The notes under the pieces are model-generated. The model did not search any database. It had not been told where the DNA came from and saw only the letters and a list, made by a program, of their open reading frames with translations. From Syntrophorhabdaceae bacterium (GTDB lineage Bacteria > Desulfobacterota > Syntrophorhabdia > Syntrophorhabdales > Syntrophorhabdaceae), in the NCBI GenBank assembly GCA_963665295.1, contig OY762209.1:4064001-4128000 (forward strand): 64,000 nucleotides of DNA. Direction: 5' to 3'. The translations under genes and the position numbers were made by a program. Of this stretch, positions 1 to 9,417 are shown one piece after another. How positions within the stretch are numbered: the first letter of the stretch is position 1; every line of letters begins with the position of its first letter.

Positions 1-1842
1 ATCTTTATCGATGTCCATCCTTACATAGAGAGACCGCTCGTTAAACCCATAGTAAAAACCTTTGAGGAGCGGAGCGGCTTCGTGCATCGCCATACCGTGC
101 CCTTTCCCCTCGACAAATCCCGCACCCATCCAGTCGAAATAGTTCGTTACCCTGCCGTCTATAAGAGGGTATATGAGGTTTATGGGCTCTCTCGTCGGTG
201 TTATCTCCCTGTCTTCAAGGAGAATGGGGATATTGAGTATGTCCGGGGGCTCCTTTCCCAGAAAACGGTATGCGTTGGCGAGGTTTTCACGGAACAGGAA
301 ATCGAACACCTCATCGTTCTCAGAGGAATGTTCGTCCCCGTACCACCAGAACCAGTCGCTGCCCTCCGCGATATAAATGGATTCCCACGCTTCCTTATTC
401 GTCCTTCCAGGGTCCTCTTCCTCAAGAAAGTCTCTGGTCGTCGAGAGGAGCGTCCAGGCTGCGTTATCCTCGACATGACCGATCCATATGGCAAAATTGC
501 GGGCAATCCACGAACCTGCGAAGCAATGCTGCAGAGTCCCGTAATCCCGTGACGATTCAAAGTACTCGGAGATCGTGACAGGCACGATGGCGCTGTCCTT
601 CAGTATCCCCTCATAAAGATATTCCAGGAAATCCCTTCCATCGTTCTTGTAGTTTTCCCATGCGTTCTCCCCGTCCATGGCGATAGTGACAAGGGGTGTC
701 TTAAGCCTGCCCTGCGCCGCTTCTCCTGCCCGCTTTATCCTCCTTACACAGTCCTCCGCCGCTTCCTTTGCATCCATCCGGGAATAGTGAAAAGAGATGA
801 GGTCGGAAAGGTTCTTGTCCCTGAAGACCATGTTCAGGTGGCGCCCGTCCTTTTCGTACCTGTAAGGCCTGTAGAGCAGCTCGGGGTTCGAGATATATCC
901 GTTCGCGTCCCGCCTGAGATCGACTTTCAGGCTCTCGAAGAGGATCTCTTCATCTGTGGCAATCCACTCGACTCCTTTACTCATATAAAGCTGCAACGCC
1001 TCATCGCTTACCGAACCCTCGGGCGGCCACATCCCTTTGGGCGTTGTCCCGAAGAGGTCCTGAAAAAGGGCGATCGCCTCATCGATCTGGCGGGCCGCGT
1101 CTTCAGGCCTTGTAAGCAGCTTCTCAGGCAACTCGACATTCGGCATCGCTTCTCTTGCCGCCCTGCTGTCGATAAGCAACGGTATTATGGGGTGATAAAA
1201 AGGCGAGGTCGATATCTCCATTGCACCTTTTACGGAAAGCTCTTTGTACAGGGGCACGGTGGCCTTGAGTATCTTCTTCTGCGCCTCCTCGATTACCTTC
1301 TTGTCTTCCTGGTTGAATCCCCTCCCCTTGGCCGCAATCTGCCTCAGGTCGTCATAAAGGTTGATAAAAACAGGGTCTATCCATGAGAGGAAGAAGAACA
1401 CCTGAATATCTCTCAGCTCGTCGTTGGTGAAATAATTGACTATACCGCCGATGCCTTCCTTGGGATAATAGAAACCTCTCTTCGCGAGAAGCTCGTAGTA
1501 CCGCGGATAGGGTTTGATCATATTTTCCCAGCTTGAGTTGAAAAAATTCATCAAGAGGAATATCTTCTCGTTCCGGGATAAATCCTTCGGTTCCTTTCTG
1601 AACACCTCGAGGTACTGGTCTCTCGCACTTCCATTCTCGTAATCGAACATTTGGACCAGAAGGGACGGAACAAGGTTGAAGTTCTGCTTCAACCCGTCAA
1701 ACTGCTTCAGAAGAAGGGCCATATCGCAGTAATCCTTCGTGCCGTGCAAAAGGACCCAGGGAAGCAGATATTCCCCGGTATGCATATTCTTGTAATATGG
1801 CTGGTGCATATGCCAGAGAAAAGAGAGGTAAACAGGCTCCAT
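1..1842 (-). CDS. Glycoside hydrolase family 57 protein (amylopullulanase-like), 3' end outside window
   Basis: Not in ORF track because there is no stop in the window. Manual translation from ATG 1842 gives MEPVYLSFLWHMHQPYYKN...LPWVLLHGTKDY, with the GH57 HxHQP motif. The same frame at the window edge reads GFYYGFNERSLYVRMD. Confidence 0.88.
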   Translation of the reverse strand, partial: MEPVYLSFLWHMHQPYYKNMHTGEYLLPWVLLHGTKDYCDMALLLKQFDGLKQNFNLVPSLLVQMFDYENGSARDQYLEVFRKEPKDLSRNEKIFLLMNFFNSSWENMIKPYPRYYELLAKRGFYYPKEGIGGIVNYFTNDELRDIQVFFFLSWIDPVFINLYDDLRQIAAKGRGFNQEDKKVIEEAQKKILKATVPLYKELSVKGAMEISTSPFYHPIIPLLIDSRAAREAMPNVELPEKLLTRPEDAARQIDEAIALFQDLFGTTPKGMWPPEGSVSDEALQLYMSKGVEWIATDEEILFESLKVDLRRDANGYISNPELLYRPYRYEKDGRHLNMVFRDKNLSDLISFHYSRMDAKEAAEDCVRRIKRAGEAAQGRLKTPLVTIAMDGENAWENYKNDGRDFLEYLYEGILKDSAIVPVTISEYFESSRDYGTLQHCFAGSWIARNFAIWIGHVEDNAAWTLLSTTRDFLEEEDPGRTNKEAWESIYIAEGSDWFWWYGDEHSSENDEVFDFLFRENLANAYRFLGKEPPDILNIPILLEDREITPTREPINLIYPLIDGRVTNYFDWMGAGFVEGKGHGMAMHEAAPLLKGFYYGFNERSLYVRMDIDKD

Positions 1843-2322
1843 TTACCCCACTCTCAGAAGGGTGAATCGTACCGTGCCGTCGATCTCCATAATGCCCGCC
1901 GTGCCCGGTTTTCCCATGCCGCCCCTGAAGGAACCGGGATTAAAGAGATGGACGCCATTTCTCACGGTATTCAAAGGGATGTGGGAATGTCCGAATAGTA
2001 TCACATCCACACCTTCAAACTCCCTGAACACCAGATCCTCGATACCGGCGGCGTTCCCCCTTCCATGGATAATTCCGATGGCTTTACCTCCCACGTTCTC
2101 TATTCTTTTTTCGGGCAGGAGGGCCTTTAGGCCGAAGTCATCCATATTGCCCCTCACGGCCTTCAGTTCCCAATTGGAGAGAAAGTCATGGACCTCCACG
2201 GAGGTCATATCCCCCGCGTGGACCAACATGTCCACGTGGTGGAATAAGGTTGCCGTGATTTTCCTGAAATCATCCGTCGCAGCGGAGAGATGTGTGTCGG
2301 AGAGAATGCCGATACGTACCAT
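1843..2322 (-). CDS. YfcE/MJ0936-family metallophosphoesterase
   Basis: Motifs SDTH, HAGD, VRGNMD, IHG, FGHSH, NPGS. Confidence 0.92.
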   Translation of the reverse strand: MVRIGILSDTHLSAATDDFRKITATLFHHVDMLVHAGDMTSVEVHDFLSNWELKAVRGNMDDFGLKALLPEKRIENVGGKAIGIIHGRGNAAGIEDLVFREFEGVDVILFGHSHIPLNTVRNGVHLFNPGSFRGGMGKPGTAGIMEIDGTVRFTLLRVG

Positions 2323-2330
2323 ATTGCATT

Positions 2331-2398
2331 ACTTTATGCGAAAAAACCTTACATGTCAATGAGCCAAATTGACATGAGGAGTCCAGGAATGGTAAAGT
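2331..2398. promoter_or_regulatory. Back-to-back divergent sigma70-type promoters
   Basis: Minus strand: TTGACA(2359-2354)-17-TAAAGT(2336-2331). Plus strand: TTGACA(2369-2374)-18-TAAAGT(2393-2398), preceded by TGG. Confidence 0.7.
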
Positions 2399-2403
2399 TA
2401 CGC

Positions 2404-3585
2404 GTGAAGTTCATCGGTACGCTCCATAAGAAGTTCTACATATATCTTCTGAAGGAATTATCATACATTTTCCTTCTGTCTTTGGGCATTCTCACGTTTA
2501 TCATGGTCCTGAGCAAGATCGGAAAACTTGCAGACTTTGTGGTGAACAAGGGCGTGGAGATTAAGGACATTATCCTCCTCATAGTCTACTCGTCACCTCC
2601 GTACCTCACGTTCACCCTGCCCATGGCATTCCTGCTTTCCTCCATAGTGGTGCTCGGGAGGCTCTCTACCGAAAATGAGATACTTGCCCTTAAGGCGAGC
2701 GGCATCAACCTGAGGTGCCTTTTCGTCCCCATGCTCTCCATCGGATTGCTGATCACCTTTTTCGGGCTGATAAACGCAAGCATCCTGCTGCCCAGGTGTG
2801 GTGTCCTGTTCAAGGATACCCTCCTAAATATCGTGAAGAAGGGTATAAGTCTCGACGATAAGGAGGGTGCTTTCAACGACACCCTTCCCGGTATCGTGGT
2901 TTACATAGACAAAGTCAATACCAAAGATAAGTTCCTCACAGGCATACTGGTGGCGGACGACAGGGACAAGGATGTAAAACAGACCATATCCGCAAGCAAA
3001 GGTATCATCAACCTCGATCCCAACACCCTTGACCTTGCCTTTATACTCGAAAACGGCAACCTTCACCGTTGGGAAAAGAAAGACGATACCTACAAGAACG
3101 TTTCCTTCAAGAATTACACGTTCATAATGAACCTCGGGCAGGTGTTGCCCTACAATGTGCCTCTGCGAAAAAGGCCTTTTGAGATGGATTATAAGGAACT
3201 GAACGACGCCCTCGCAAAGACGCAGAATCCGGATGACAGGTACGATCTGCTCCTTGAGGTCTATAAGAAGACCTCCATCCCCCTTTCCTCCCTCGCGTTC
3301 ATATTCCTTACCGTGCCCCTGGGCATCAAAAGGAGGGTTGAGGGCAAGTTCTCAGGCGCCCTCTATAGTCTTCTTCTCTTTATCTTTTACTATTTGCTTA
3401 TGGCCGTGACAGACAGCGTGGGAAAAACCACTCATCTCCCCGCCCTTATCTCCGCCTTCCTGCCGAATACTGCTATTGCCCTTCTGGGCCTGTATCTCGC
3501 CAGAGGACTCAATTACGAGGACCAGGCGGGAGCCGCATGGAAAATCAGACAACTATGGGTTTATTGCCTTGAAAAGACTAAATAA
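2404..3585 (+). CDS. lptF: LPS export ABC transporter permease LptF
   Basis: LptF/G topology: 3 TM, periplasmic domain, 3 TM. Motifs LPMAFL and ENEILALKASG. Start uncertain (ATG 2389 or GTG 2404). Confidence 0.88.
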   Translation: MKFIGTLHKKFYIYLLKELSYIFLLSLGILTFIMVLSKIGKLADFVVNKGVEIKDIILLIVYSSPPYLTFTLPMAFLLSSIVVLGRLSTENEILALKASGINLRCLFVPMLSIGLLITFFGLINASILLPRCGVLFKDTLLNIVKKGISLDDKEGAFNDTLPGIVVYIDKVNTKDKFLTGILVADDRDKDVKQTISASKGIINLDPNTLDLAFILENGNLHRWEKKDDTYKNVSFKNYTFIMNLGQVLPYNVPLRKRPFEMDYKELNDALAKTQNPDDRYDLLLEVYKKTSIPLSSLAFIFLTVPLGIKRRVEGKFSGALYSLLLFIFYYLLMAVTDSVGKTTHLPALISAFLPNTAIALLGLYLARGLNYEDQAGAAWKIRQLWVYCLEKTK

Positions 3586-4648
3586 ATACCTTATCTGGAA
3601 CGCACTGAAGATTCTCGCCATCACCGAACTTGCGGGAATGGTCATGTTCGTGAACATCGAGTTTTTCGAACATATGGATATCTTTACGTCATCTTTCAAT
3701 AATTTCATGCTCAGTATCGCCTATCTTATCCTGAAGGCGCCTTATTACTTCAACCTCATACTTCCCCTCGCATTCCTCATATCCATGCTTATACTACTCA
3801 TGATCATGATACGAGGGAACGAAATGATAGTAGTGAGAACCTCCGGCATAAGCACGCTTTCCCTTATGAAACCTTTGGCGGCTTTCTCTCTTGTACTGAT
3901 GATATTCTCTTTCGTCCTCTCGGAGTGGGTCATACCCGTGGCGGCAAACGGGTCCGAGTACCTCTACCGGACAAAAATAAAGAAGGAGGAATCCTACGTT
4001 TTCTTCAAGAACGACAGGATATGGTTTAAGAGAGACAACTGGATCAATAATATAGATTATTTCGATAACAAAAAGGATGTGATACGGGGTCTCACAGTTA
4101 TAGAGTTGTCCCCGGACTACACCATTAAAAGACGGTTTGACGCAAAAGAGGGGGCATGGAAAGACGGCGCCTGGACTTTTACGGATGTGTCCGAAAGGAC
4201 CTTCGGGGCCAATGGGATCATCTCGAAAAAGACCTATCGGAAACTGAATAACCTTATCGCCGAGCCACCCTCCGTCTTCAAGATTGCGGAAAAGAACCCG
4301 GAGGAGATGGGATATGGCGAACTCTCCAGGTATATTAAACGCCTGAAACTCGACGGCCATGACGTGAAGAGATATCTCGTCGATCTGCACAGCAAGATCT
4401 CTTTCCCTTTCATCAATCTTATCATGGTTTTTGCGGCCTTCTCCGTCGGCCTGAGGTACACCAAAACAAAGCATATATCAAAAGGGATATTTGCGGGGAT
4501 GTCGCTCGGCATTTTTTACTGGTTCCTCCACTCCGTCTCCTTGTCTCTCGGTTACTCCGAGATATTTCCGCCCCTTTTTGCCGCATGGTTTTCAAATCTC
4601 ATATTTTTTTCTTTTGGTGTTATTGGAATTGTTACACTGAGAACTTAG
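3569..4648 (+). CDS. lptG: LPS export ABC transporter permease LptG
   Basis: Motifs NEMIVVRTSGIS and LFAAWFSN; paired with lptF. TTG start at 3569 is inferred. Confidence 0.88.
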   Translation: MKRLNKYLIWNALKILAITELAGMVMFVNIEFFEHMDIFTSSFNNFMLSIAYLILKAPYYFNLILPLAFLISMLILLMIMIRGNEMIVVRTSGISTLSLMKPLAAFSLVLMIFSFVLSEWVIPVAANGSEYLYRTKIKKEESYVFFKNDRIWFKRDNWINNIDYFDNKKDVIRGLTVIELSPDYTIKRRFDAKEGAWKDGAWTFTDVSERTFGANGIISKKTYRKLNNLIAEPPSVFKIAEKNPEEMGYGELSRYIKRLKLDGHDVKRYLVDLHSKISFPFINLIMVFAAFSVGLRYTKTKHISKGIFAGMSLGIFYWFLHSVSLSLGYSEIFPPLFAAWFSNLIFFSFGVIGIVTLRT

Positions 4649-4687
4649 TAACTTAAACTATAGAGAAAGGTAAAAAGGTGTTTTACA

Positions 4688-5167
4688 GTGAAAGCGTATC
4701 TTGATATCGAAACGGACAGGAACGGTAATATTTGCGTGATAGGCATACACACGGAGCCAAGCGGTTTTGTCCAATGGCACGGGGAAAACATCAATACGGA
4801 CGACATTGAAAGAGAGCTTCAACGAGCGAGCACTATCGTTACATTTAACGGAGACAGTTTCGATCTCCCCACGATAAAGAAGTACCTGAATATCGACCTC
4901 AAGGAGATGTGCAGCTCCAGGGACCTCTTCAAACTGAAAAAGAGGCTGGGCATCAGCGGCGGACTTAAGGACCTCGAGAAGATGTTCGGCATAAAAAGGA
5001 AGACGGAAGGCATAGACGGATACAAGGCAGTGTTACTCTGGGAACGATATATGAGGCGCGGCAGGCCCGACGACCTGAGCCTCCTCCTCGAATACAACAA
5101 GGAAGACGTGCTGAATCTCATCCCTCTTGAAGAAAAACTCGATGAACTCAGGGCGGGGATACGTTGA
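4688..5167 (+). CDS. YprB-like ribonuclease H-like (DEDD exonuclease) domain protein
   Basis: Motifs LDIET, VTFNGDSFDLP, GGLKDLEK, YNKEDV. Confidence 0.85.
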   Translation: MKAYLDIETDRNGNICVIGIHTEPSGFVQWHGENINTDDIERELQRASTIVTFNGDSFDLPTIKKYLNIDLKEMCSSRDLFKLKKRLGISGGLKDLEKMFGIKRKTEGIDGYKAVLLWERYMRRGRPDDLSLLLEYNKEDVLNLIPLEEKLDELRAGIR

Positions 5168-5868
5168 TGCGCCCCTTCACCATTGACTCGGCATATAACA
5201 AGATAAGCGCGATCATGACATTCCCCGAATCAGGGAAAGCACCCTGGCCCTGCGTTGTCCTTTCCCACGGCCTGATAAGCTCGAAGATGAGTTCGAAGTA
5301 TATCGCCCTTTCGGAGAGATTTGCAGCCGCGGGCACCGCATCGTGCAGATTCGATTACCACGGGTGCGGAGAGAGCGGCGGCGACATCAGGGAGACTACC
5401 CTTACCATCAGGCTCGAAAATCTTGACAGAATCGTGAGCTACGCCCGCACCCTGCCCGAGATAGACCCCGAGAGGCTGGGGATACTGGGAGCCAGTTTCG
5501 GTGCGGCCACGTGTATCGTCAAGGCATCAATGGACTCACGGTTAAAATGCGTATCTCCATGGGCAACACCTTACATACTGGAGAAGACTTCCGATAGGAT
5601 AGATGACGTTGCCTTCCACGACGCCCTCTACACCGATTTTGCACGGTACGATATACTATCCGCAGCGGAAAAGGTTTCCCACGCCCTCGTCATCCACGGC
5701 GACGCCGACGAGGTAGTTCCGTGCGGCGAAGGGAAGGCTATCTATGAACATTTCCGGGAGCCGAAACGGCTGGAGATCATACACGGCGGGGACCATATCC
5801 TCTCCGTTCCCGACCACAGGGAGCGGGCCATCAGCCTCGCGGTGGAATGGTTCGGGAAATACCTCTGA
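5167..5868 (+). CDS. Alpha/beta hydrolase
   Basis: HG oxyanion motif, GASFG nucleophile elbow, HGDADEVVP, GGDH. Start overlaps the upstream stop (TGATG). Confidence 0.88.
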   Translation: MRPFTIDSAYNKISAIMTFPESGKAPWPCVVLSHGLISSKMSSKYIALSERFAAAGTASCRFDYHGCGESGGDIRETTLTIRLENLDRIVSYARTLPEIDPERLGILGASFGAATCIVKASMDSRLKCVSPWATPYILEKTSDRIDDVAFHDALYTDFARYDILSAAEKVSHALVIHGDADEVVPCGEGKAIYEHFREPKRLEIIHGGDHILSVPDHRERAISLAVEWFGKYL

Positions 5869-5895
5869 GGATGAAGTTTAACTCTTACAGGGCCT

Positions 5896-6579
5896 TCAAT
5901 ATGGCCCTTTCTTCTTCTCGCTGCGCTCTTTGACCTTTTCCTTAATCAAATCACCTACCACGTGACTCAAGCCTATGCCCAGTGCGAGGGAAAGAGTCAT
6001 GATAATCCCCCCGAATATTATAAGAAAACTTATGGTTATGATGGTGTTTCCCAGGCCCATATACTCGAATACGATCCCGAAAGTGATGATTATGAGGAAT
6101 ATCCTGACCCCTTTTGCTATGAGATCGCCGTATCTCACGTTGGCGTTCTCACAGGTCATATAGATAACCCGGTTGATAAAGTTGCTGAATATCAATCCGA
6201 AAATGATAATCACCAGAGATACCGCGATATTCGGTAATGCGCTGGAAATCTTCGACGTATACTCCGAAAATTGGGAAATCCCGATAAAATTCAATCCGAA
6301 AGAAAAAAAGGCCACTATGAAAATCCAATAGGCAATCTTCCCGATAATCACGGAAGGCAGAATCTTGACCCCTCCTTTTTCAAGAAAGTTGGTGATCCCT
6401 ACCTCCTGCGCCCATTTGTCAAACCGGAAAAGCATGAGAAGTTTTACGAGGACCTTTTTTATGAACCAGCTTATGATGAACCCCATGGCCATCACGATGA
6501 TCATAACTATGATGTTAAGGAATACCTCCGTGAAGTTTTCATAGAGGTCGATAAACATATCCTTGAGGAACTCTTTCAT
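5896..6579 (-). CDS. Conserved TM-helix repeat membrane protein (CmpX / MscS-associated type)
   Basis: About 5 hydrophobic helices; LPNIAVSLVIIIFG and LALGIG patterns typical of TM_helix repeat proteins. Confidence 0.7.
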   Translation of the reverse strand: MKEFLKDMFIDLYENFTEVFLNIIVMIIVMAMGFIISWFIKKVLVKLLMLFRFDKWAQEVGITNFLEKGGVKILPSVIIGKIAYWIFIVAFFSFGLNFIGISQFSEYTSKISSALPNIAVSLVIIIFGLIFSNFINRVIYMTCENANVRYGDLIAKGVRIFLIIITFGIVFEYMGLGNTIITISFLIIFGGIIMTLSLALGIGLSHVVGDLIKEKVKERSEKKKGPY

Positions 6580-6586
6580 GGGTCAA

Positions 6587-6615
6587 ATCTTATTAGATGT
6601 CCAGGTCTATGTCAA
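6587..6615 (-). promoter_or_regulatory. sigma70-type promoter, likely leaderless
   Basis: TTGACA(6615-6610)-17-TAAGAT(6592-6587), 7 nt upstream of ATG 6579; no SD. Confidence 0.65.
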
Positions 6616-6617
6616 CC

Positions 6618-6652
6618 AAAAAGGGTGACAAATAAACCCTCTTTCTCTTTTT
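6618..6652. terminator. Possible bidirectional intrinsic terminator
   Basis: AAAAAGGGT-gacaaataa-ACCCT followed by a pyrimidine/T tract; the stem is short. Confidence 0.4.
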
Positions 6653-6921
6653 GACGGAATATGCCCTGTCCTGTCCGCCGGCCGGGCACGCGGCGTCCCT
6701 CCCGCGGTCTCAGCGCTCCATTACAGCCCGGCCGGCGCGCGCCATCAGACCCTCCCGACAAATATACCACGCTGATTCCACCCACTCCAACGGATGGAAA
6801 TATAAGCCGATTACCACTTACATTGCAGTCATGGGCATTTTTTCGCCTTCACTTTTCTATTGACTTTCAGCCCATATTTGTTTAGGAAATTCAAAACAAA
6901 AGGAAAGGAGGTAAGATACAT

Positions 6922-7095
6922 ATGCCCGCGAAAATCGATGTGGAAAGCTGCACAGGATGTGGAGCATGCGCTGAGGTTTGTCCTGCTGATGCAATAGCAG
7001 TTGACGATACCGCGAAGGTTGACTCCGAGCTTTGCACGGAGTGCGGGGCTTGCGTAGAAGAATGCCCCGTAGAAGCCATAACCCTGGATGAATGA
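6922..7095 (+). CDS. 2x[4Fe-4S] ferredoxin (57 aa)
   Basis: Below ORF-track cutoff. Translates as MPAKIDVESCTGCGACAEVCPADAIAVDDTAKVDSELCTECGACVEECPVEAITLDE, with two CxxCxxCxxxCP motifs and an AAGGAGGT SD. Confidence 0.96.
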   Translation: MPAKIDVESCTGCGACAEVCPADAIAVDDTAKVDSELCTECGACVEECPVEAITLDE

Positions 7096-7110
7096 GCTTG
7101 TTTCCTGAAA

Positions 7111-7144
7111 ACATAAAAGGATGGGCGAGCCCATCCTTTTATGT
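7111..7144. terminator. Bidirectional intrinsic terminator between ferredoxin and Fe-S oxidoreductase
   Basis: Perfect inverted repeat ACATAAAAGGATGGGC-GA-GCCCATCCTTTTATGT between convergent genes. Confidence 0.9.
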
Positions 7145-7164
7145 CCCAACATCTTATTTTCTTC

Positions 7165-9186
7165 TTATAACCCTTTAACGACGATCTCCGAAATATCAAG
7201 AGCCTTCATAGTTTCGCTCTTCTCCTTGTCTTTGATCGCATCTTCCATCATGATCAAGCAGTACGGACAACCTGTGATGACAGTATTCGCCGAAATCTCT
7301 ATGGCTTCGTCCATTCTTGCGTGGTTTATTCTCTTGTGATGCTCTTCCATCCATATTCTACCGCCGCCGCCGCCGCAGCAGAACCCTTCATTGTGATTGC
7401 GCCCAAGCTCAACGAATGATCCCTTGTTGACCTGTTTTACCACTTCTCTCGGGGCATCGAAAATCTGGTTGACCCTTCCAAGGTAGCAAGGATCGTGGTA
7501 TGTGGTAATACCCTCGAGGGTCGGGCTGATCGATATTTTACCCTGGCGGGCCAGCATGGCAATGAACTCCGTGTGATGGTACACTTCGAAATTGCCTCCC
7601 AGTTGCGGGTAATCATTCTTCAGCGTGTTGTAGCAGTGCGGACACGCAGTAATGATCTTCTTCACGCCCAATTCGTTCAGAAGGCCGACATTGCCTTCAG
7701 CAATCTCCTGGTACTGGTACTCATTTCCGGTTCTCCGTAACGGATCGCCGCAGCATTTCTCATCCGGACCGAGCACGCCGAAGGAGACGCCGGCCTTTTG
7801 CAGGATTGTGGCAACCGACTTCGCTATCTTCCTGTTCCTGTCGTCGAGGGACGCCACGCATCCAACCCAATAGAGGTATTCAACTTCTTCCTCACCGGCC
7901 TTCTTGATTTCCATACCTTCTGCCCACTCAAGCCTCTGACTCTTACCCATACCGTAAGGATCGGATCTCTGCTGGAGGTTCTTATAAAGGAGTTTCAGTT
8001 CGGAACCCACCTGGCTTAAGGTCATGATGAGATACCGTCTCATTTCGATATTCTTGTCGAAGGTAGGGATGGACACAGGGCAGTTCACCTGGCAGGAAAG
8101 ACATGCGGTACATGACCAGAGTGTTTCTTCCTGAATCACGTTGTCGATGATGCCGTCTTCGTTCTTTATCCCTACAGCTGCCTTCTCCCATTCACCCTTC
8201 AGATCCTGAATGAGCTTCTTGGGCGAAAGAGGTTTCTCGGTCAAGTACGCCGGGCAACGGGCCTGACACCTGCCGCACCTTGTACACGCGTCAAAGTCAA
8301 GCATCTGTCTCCATGTAAAGCCTTCAATCGCATTGATGCCGAATTCTTCCGCATTCTCGAAATCTTCAATTGCGGTAATGGCACCTCTCGGAGCATCCTC
8401 CACACCCCTGAAAAGCATGTTGAGGGATGATGTTATTATATGGAGCAGTCTCGAGTATGCTATGTATGCAATAAGCCCGAAAGAGAGCAGCATGTGTATA
8501 TACCAGAGCACTGCGTGGGGAAGATACTCCACTTTGTGTGTGGTAAGAGCAATGCTCTGCGCGGGGGCGGGAAAGATGGACGATACGGCCCAGCCCACAA
8601 AACTCCAGACTTCGTAAGGTTCCTGGGTTGCTGCTATTCTTGCGCCTTCAACGAGAAAACCGGTGACAAGCACCGCAAGTATCCAGACCAGCGTAATTGC
8701 ATCATCGGGCTTGTTGTCCAGTCTGTCGGGCTTGGTGACATATCTTCTGAATATCGCCATGAGGATGCCGACGATTGCGACGAGTCCTGCAAGGTCAAGA
8801 AGGAATGAAAAGATCAGGTAAAACTCCCCTTTAATAAACTCAACGCCGAAAATAAGCTTTATTACGTCATCCTGCAACGCAACGAGTGCGGTGCCGATGG
8901 AGAGTACCAGAAATCCCCAGAATATAAAAAGATGCATAAATCCGGGATACCCCTCTCTGGCCCTCAGAATGGTGGCGTGAAATATTCCGCTCTTTACGAA
9001 ATATCCAATCCTCTCGCCCAGTTTTTCCTTGAAATTTATGGGGGCGCTCTTGCCCATCATCCACATCGCGTACCGCTTCTTCAAGCCCATGATGAGCACA
9101 ATGAATGTTATGATCATCAGCGCATACGTTATCCAGCGCGCCGCCTCCCCAGCATTCCACAGGATCTCTCTCCCAATTTCCATCAT
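7165..9186 (-). CDS. Membrane-anchored Fe-S oxidoreductase (NarI-like TM domain + 2x4Fe-4S + 2 CCG domains; FadF/EMO-like)
   Basis: TM region with His residues; CTRCGRCQARCP; CTACLSCQVNCP; EKCCG; YHDPCYLGR; FCCGGGGG; GCPYC; AGGAGG SD. Confidence 0.9.
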   Translation of the reverse strand: MMEIGREILWNAGEAARWITYALMIITFIVLIMGLKKRYAMWMMGKSAPINFKEKLGERIGYFVKSGIFHATILRAREGYPGFMHLFIFWGFLVLSIGTALVALQDDVIKLIFGVEFIKGEFYLIFSFLLDLAGLVAIVGILMAIFRRYVTKPDRLDNKPDDAITLVWILAVLVTGFLVEGARIAATQEPYEVWSFVGWAVSSIFPAPAQSIALTTHKVEYLPHAVLWYIHMLLSFGLIAYIAYSRLLHIITSSLNMLFRGVEDAPRGAITAIEDFENAEEFGINAIEGFTWRQMLDFDACTRCGRCQARCPAYLTEKPLSPKKLIQDLKGEWEKAAVGIKNEDGIIDNVIQEETLWSCTACLSCQVNCPVSIPTFDKNIEMRRYLIMTLSQVGSELKLLYKNLQQRSDPYGMGKSQRLEWAEGMEIKKAGEEEVEYLYWVGCVASLDDRNRKIAKSVATILQKAGVSFGVLGPDEKCCGDPLRRTGNEYQYQEIAEGNVGLLNELGVKKIITACPHCYNTLKNDYPQLGGNFEVYHHTEFIAMLARQGKISISPTLEGITTYHDPCYLGRVNQIFDAPREVVKQVNKGSFVELGRNHNEGFCCGGGGGRIWMEEHHKRINHARMDEAIEISANTVITGCPYCLIMMEDAIKDKEKSETMKALDISEIVVKGL

Positions 9187-9417
9187 CCAGCCTCCTAAAC
9201 GGTGTTTTTTGATATACTATCATAAAAGCTATTCTAAGTGAAAGGATTTATTGTGAAAAAAGATACATGACCGGAAGTTCCCGAAAACCCGGCCGATATC
9301 CCGTTTCTGGCAATTTTCCCCCGTATCGGAAAAAAAAACTTCTTGACATCTTTTTGACTATTTTGATAAAACCCTATACAGTTTTAAACTATACCAAATA
9401 ACCCACAAACGGACTGA

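Noticed and set aside
82..1998. Plus-strand ORFs 82-552, 787-1386 and 1651-1998
   Set aside because: Antisense shadows of the minus-strand GH57 gene, which the ORF track missed.
6695..6725. GCTGAGA on the minus strand as a TPP riboswitch
   Set aside because: The rest of the aptamer (ACCTGATC..TAATGC..GGGA) is absent.
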